A stretch of DNA of 64,000 nt from Clostridia bacterium (lineage in GTDB: Bacteria; Bacillota; Clostridia; TANB77; CAG-465). The position numbers were made by a program, and so were the translations under genes. The notes under the pieces are model-generated. The model saw only the letters and a program-made list of their open reading frames with translations, was not told where the DNA came from and ran no database searches. Below are positions 60,341 through 64,000 of the stretch, piece after piece. The stretch covers positions 32,001 to 96,000 of the forward strand of contig JAZSNU010000020.1 of assembly GCA_045536565.1 (NCBI GenBank), given 5' to 3'. Numbering within the stretch: position 1 is the stretch's first letter; every line of letters starts with the position of its first letter.

Positions 60341-61027
60341 ATGAATAAAAGTAAATTTTTTACAGCAATTATTACTATTGGTATATCGGTAATAATACTA
60401 TTAGTTATATTTAACTATCTATTTAATAATAGTTCTAAGATAAATCAAGGAAAATTCAGGATATCTGATACTATATTAACAAGTGTAGTAGAATTAGAAG
60501 ATAAAGCAGAGTTGGAAAACGAATGGAAGTTTGATATATCACAAAACAATAAAATATCTATGCTTATTAAGACGGATAAAGGTATAGGTATTAAAGAGGT
60601 ATATTTGGAAAAAGTTAAAGTAAAGTCAAAAAATGATGTTAGTATATATATAGAACAAGATAAATATGAACTTAGCTATGAATACGGCAAAATAAAAGAT
60701 AGAAAAGTTAATATATATACAGAAGAAACACAAGATGGAATTTACTTAATAGAATTTGATGTTAAGAATGAAGATATTATTTCAAACTTTAATATTCCGG
60801 AAGAAATAAAAGAACTTAGACATGATGGAACAATTTTAAATATTGCAAAGGTATCAATTTCTGATATCGTATTTACTTTAAAATATAATTTGGTAATTGT
60901 TGAAAACGGTGGACAAATAAACAAATGTAAAATACTAATAGAAATGCCTAATTCAAAAATAATTACAGAAGGATTATCAGTTGAAAGGTTAGATTGTTCT
61001 AAATTTAATTTTAAAGTCGAATATTAA
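60341..61027 (+). CDS. Hypothetical membrane-anchored protein
   Basis: N-terminal TM, beta-rich body. Confidence 0.7.
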   Translation: MNKSKFFTAIITIGISVIILLVIFNYLFNNSSKINQGKFRISDTILTSVVELEDKAELENEWKFDISQNNKISMLIKTDKGIGIKEVYLEKVKVKSKNDVSIYIEQDKYELSYEYGKIKDRKVNIYTEETQDGIYLIEFDVKNEDIISNFNIPEEIKELRHDGTILNIAKVSISDIVFTLKYNLVIVENGGQINKCKILIEMPNSKIITEGLSVERLDCSKFNFKVEY

Positions 61028-61080
61028 AAAAATAGTAAGAAAAGATTGATTAATTAAATGACATAGGGTATAATATGCGT

Positions 61081-61169
61081 AGTCGCTTAGGCGATAAGGT
61101 GTTTGTGAACCTTGTCAGATCCGGAAGGAAGCAGCAATAAGCATACTACCTTATGCGCCGTAAGCGATT
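61081..61169 (+). ncRNA. ffs: Signal recognition particle RNA (short 4.5S type)
   Basis: Helix-8 motif TCAGATCCGGAAGGAAGCAGC; closing stem AGTCGCTTA/TAAGCGATT; TTGATT-17-TATAAT promoter; lies upstream of dnaX as in Bacillota. Confidence 0.9.
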
Positions 61170-61198
61170 TTATTATACATATTTTAAGGGGTGAGAAT

Positions 61199-62737
61199 AT
61201 GTCATATGTAGCGTTGTATAGAAAGTATAGACCGCTTGATTTTGACTCGGTAGTAGGTCAAAATCATATAACGGATATATTAAGAAAACAAATAATAAAT
61301 GACAAAATATCTCATGCGTACATTTTTAGTGGAAGTAGGGGAACTGGAAAAACATCTACTGCTAAAATATTTTCAAGAGCAGTTAATTGCTTGAATTTAA
61401 AGGATGGAAATCCATGTAATGAATGTGCAGCATGTAAAAGTATATTAGATGATGAAACGACAGATGTTGTAGAAATGGACGCAGCTTCTAACAATTCAGT
61501 AGAAAACATTAGAGCGATAAGGCAAGAAGTTATTTATGCAACAACAAATTTAAAGTATAAAATATACATAATAGATGAAGCACATATGCTATCAACAAGT
61601 GCTTTTAATGCTTTGCTTAAAACATTAGAAGAGCCGCCAGAGAATGTTATATTTATACTTGCTACTACTGAAGAACATAAATTACTTCCAACTATACTTT
61701 CAAGATGTATGAGATTTGAATTTAAAAAGATATCAATAGATGATGTTGTAAAAAGAATAGAATATATATTGCAAGATAGCAATATAGAATATGAAAAAGA
61801 AGCAGTATCATATGTTGCAAGTATTTGTGATGGTGGTATGAGAGATGCATTAAGCATTCTTGAAAGATGTATAGAAGATGAAAATGCTAAAATAACATTA
61901 GATAAGATACAAGACATAGTAGGAATGTCAGATATAAACATATTAAAAGAATTAGCAAAAGGTATATTAGAATATGACCTAGCAAAAGCAAATGAATCTA
62001 CGCAAAAGATTTTAGATACAGGTAAGGATGTAAGGTATATTACAACGGAACTTTTAGATATATTTATGGGATATATGCTAAGTAGTGAAAACAAGGAAAA
62101 TGTAATTAGATACAACTATATTATAAAAGAACTATCAAAATTAGATAGCGATTTAAGACAAGCAATAAATGTTAATATATTGTTTAAAGCTAAAATAATA
62201 GAGCTTTGCACAAAAGTTGTATATGAAGATAAGGCGGATTTGTTGGAAAAAATAGAAAAACTAGAAATGAGAATAAAGAACTTAGAAGAAAACAAATCAA
62301 ATATTGTATATAAAGAGATAGAAGTAAAAAAAGAAGTAGAGAACAAACCAAAGGAAGTAGTTAAAGAAAATGCATCTGATAAAAAGGAAGATAAATCGAA
62401 AATAAGTAAGGAAAAAGCAAACAATATATTGTTTAAAGACTTTGATAAGCTTAGAAATATAGTAATGGAAAAAGATAATCTACAATTATTCTCTGCTCTT
62501 ACAGGTGTTAAAGCATTTCAAAATGGAGACGAAATAGTATTTAATACTGAAAATAAATTTGCCTATACCATTTTAAGTAAAAATGAAAATACTGAAATGC
62601 TAAGGGAAATAACACATGAAATAGTAGACCCTGATTGTAATATAAAAATACAGTATGGAAGCAAAGAAAATAAAACTCAAAACAATTTCGAATCATATAT
62701 GCAAAATAACGAAATACCGTTTACTGCAATTGATTAA
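61199..62737 (+). CDS. dnaX: DNA polymerase III subunit gamma/tau
   Basis: YVALYRKYRP, GSRGTGKT, PCNEC, IIDEAHML, LKTLEEPP, SRC; true ATG at 61199. Confidence 0.97.
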   Translation: MSYVALYRKYRPLDFDSVVGQNHITDILRKQIINDKISHAYIFSGSRGTGKTSTAKIFSRAVNCLNLKDGNPCNECAACKSILDDETTDVVEMDAASNNSVENIRAIRQEVIYATTNLKYKIYIIDEAHMLSTSAFNALLKTLEEPPENVIFILATTEEHKLLPTILSRCMRFEFKKISIDDVVKRIEYILQDSNIEYEKEAVSYVASICDGGMRDALSILERCIEDENAKITLDKIQDIVGMSDINILKELAKGILEYDLAKANESTQKILDTGKDVRYITTELLDIFMGYMLSSENKENVIRYNYIIKELSKLDSDLRQAINVNILFKAKIIELCTKVVYEDKADLLEKIEKLEMRIKNLEENKSNIVYKEIEVKKEVENKPKEVVKENASDKKEDKSKISKEKANNILFKDFDKLRNIVMEKDNLQLFSALTGVKAFQNGDEIVFNTENKFAYTILSKNENTEMLREITHEIVDPDCNIKIQYGSKENKTQNNFESYMQNNEIPFTAID

Positions 62738-62782
62738 TAAATTTTAAAATCAAAAATATAATAATAGAAAGGATGATTAAAA

Positions 62783-63112
62783 ATGGCAAAATTCGGAGGA
62801 TTCCCAGGTGGAGGAATGAATATTCAAAATTTAATGAAACAAGCACAAAAAATGCAAGCAGATATGCAAAAGAAACAAGCAGAGGTAGCAAGTAAAGAAA
62901 TAGTTACATCAGCAGGTGGAGAGGCTGTTGTTGTTAAAGCAACAGGAGATAAAGTTATAAAAGAAATTATAATAAAAAAAGAAGTAGTAGACCCAGAAGA
63001 TGTAGAAATGCTACAAGACTTAATTCTTACTGCGGTTAATGAAGCGTTAGGCAAAGCAGATAGTATGATGCAAGAAGGTTTAGGAGATTTTAACATACCA
63101 GGATTAATGTAG
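62783..63112 (+). CDS. ybaB: YbaB/EbfC nucleoid-associated protein
   Basis: [28 protein letters not shown]. Confidence 0.95.
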   Translation: MAKFGGFPGGGMNIQNLMKQAQKMQADMQKKQAEVASKEIVTSAGGEAVVVKATGDKVIKEIIIKKEVVDPEDVEMLQDLILTAVNEALGKADSMMQEGLGDFNIPGLM

Positions 63113-63122
63113 GAGATAAAAT

Positions 63123-63716
63123 ATGTATTCAGAATCAGTTCAAAAGTTAATTAAAGAGTTTGAAAAATTTCCTGGGATAGGTCATAAAACAGCAGTAAGG
63201 CTTGCCTTTTATGTTTTAGAAGAAGATGAATCTTTTGCTAAAAATATGGCAAGTGCAATTGTTGAAGCCAAGAGCAAAGTTAAATTTTGCTCTAAATGCT
63301 TTAATATGACAGATACTGACCCATGTTCAATATGCTCAAATCAAAAAAGAGATAAAGAGTTACTTTGCGTTGTAGAAGATGTAAAAGATGTAGTTGCAAT
63401 GGAAAAAACACATGAATTTAAAGGAATGTACCATGTACTTCATGGAGCAATATCTCCTATGAATAATGTGTCTGCCGCAGATATAAAGATAAAAGAATTA
63501 GTTTCAAGACTTTCAGATAATGAAATTAAAGAGGTAATTATTGCAACAAATCCTACTATTGAAGGTGAGGCAACAGCAATGTATATATCAAGACTTTTGA
63601 AACCATTAGGTGTAAAAGTTACTAGAATTGCACATGGAATACCAGTAGGAGGCGACCTAGAATATACTGATGAAATTACACTAATTAAAGCCTTAGAAGG
63701 TAGAAGGGAAATGTAA
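63123..63716 (+). CDS. recR: Recombination protein RecR
   Basis: [14 protein letters not shown]...[36 protein letters not shown]. Confidence 0.98.
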   Translation: MYSESVQKLIKEFEKFPGIGHKTAVRLAFYVLEEDESFAKNMASAIVEAKSKVKFCSKCFNMTDTDPCSICSNQKRDKELLCVVEDVKDVVAMEKTHEFKGMYHVLHGAISPMNNVSAADIKIKELVSRLSDNEIKEVIIATNPTIEGEATAMYISRLLKPLGVKVTRIAHGIPVGGDLEYTDEITLIKALEGRREM

Positions 63717-63717
63717 T

Positions 63718-64000
63718 ATGGATAAATTTAAAAAATTAAGACAAGATTATCCAATATTTGAATATAACTCATACAAAATAGAATATAACAAGGGAAACAT
63801 TAAAGTACAGTATTACTTTAATGTTCCTGGTCTTACCCAGTTTAGTCCAAGCTGGGATTTTCCATTTGCGGGAGAGTTAACAGAGCAGCAAAAAACATTA
63901 TTTGAAACTGTTATATTTAACTTGGGCATGGTTGAGGTTGTGTCATACTTAAAGGCAACTTGTTCACCAAAGCTTATTGTAAAAACCGGAGAGTTAAATA
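63718..64000 (+). CDS. Partial CDS, probably MurL-like UDP-MurNAc-L-Ala-L-Glu epimerase family
   Basis: Open to the window end: MDKFKKLRQDYPIFEY...IFNLGMVEVVSYLKATCSP; pattern recognised by eye. Confidence 0.5.
   Translation, partial: MDKFKKLRQDYPIFEYNSYKIEYNKGNIKVQYYFNVPGLTQFSPSWDFPFAGELTEQQKTLFETVIFNLGMVEVVSYLKATCSPKLIVKTGELN

Noticed and set aside
61112-61198. N-terminal extension of DnaX given by the ORF track
   Set aside because: It overlaps the SRP RNA; the conserved start is ATG 61199 after an AAGGGG RBS.
436-63096. Numerous 60-190 aa ORFs antisense to long genes (e.g. 31298-31861, 61534-62115, 8985-9410)
   Set aside because: Shadow ORFs with Ser/Ile/Phe-rich composition, typical of the reverse strand of AT-rich genes; no RBS or motifs.

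Overview
A very AT-rich chromosomal segment from a spore-forming Clostridia (Bacillota) bacterium, probably origin-proximal because it starts with mnmG-rsmG-parA-parB. The taxonomy is inferred from gene content: spmA/B, cwlD, a Spo0E-like gene, SLH protein, DnaD. It holds core genes (rpoB, rpoC, gyrA, typA, dnaX-ybaB-recR, rsmA, mltG, tadA, dut, lemA-htpX), seven tRNAs, a short SRP RNA and many sporulation/envelope genes. I see no rRNA, CRISPR array, integrase or transposase. Top observations: (1) cwlD is interrupted by two single extra C bases inside its DAGHG motif. Each creates an in-frame CGG codon, and skipping the C restores a conserved Gly, which suggests CGG-triggered +1 nucleotide skipping (recoding). 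The gene lies directly upstream of tadA and two tRNA-Arg genes. (2) An unannotated type I toxin-antitoxin-like module at 14.85-15.3 kb has a 28-aa peptide, a convergent sRNA, direct repeats and complementary terminator loops. (3) A minimal type IV secretion-like cluster (VirD4, VirB2-like pilin, VirB6-like, PrgI-like) sits head-to-tail with dnaD/dnaC, with no relaxase, integrase or VirB4, plus a likely orphan partner gene 29 kb away. Several apparent pseudo-enzymes and paralogues also occur (uS11-like, ImmA/IrrE-like, CapA-like, Adk-like, pseudo-receiver HD-GYP). All family assignments are by eye from motifs; no searches were run.
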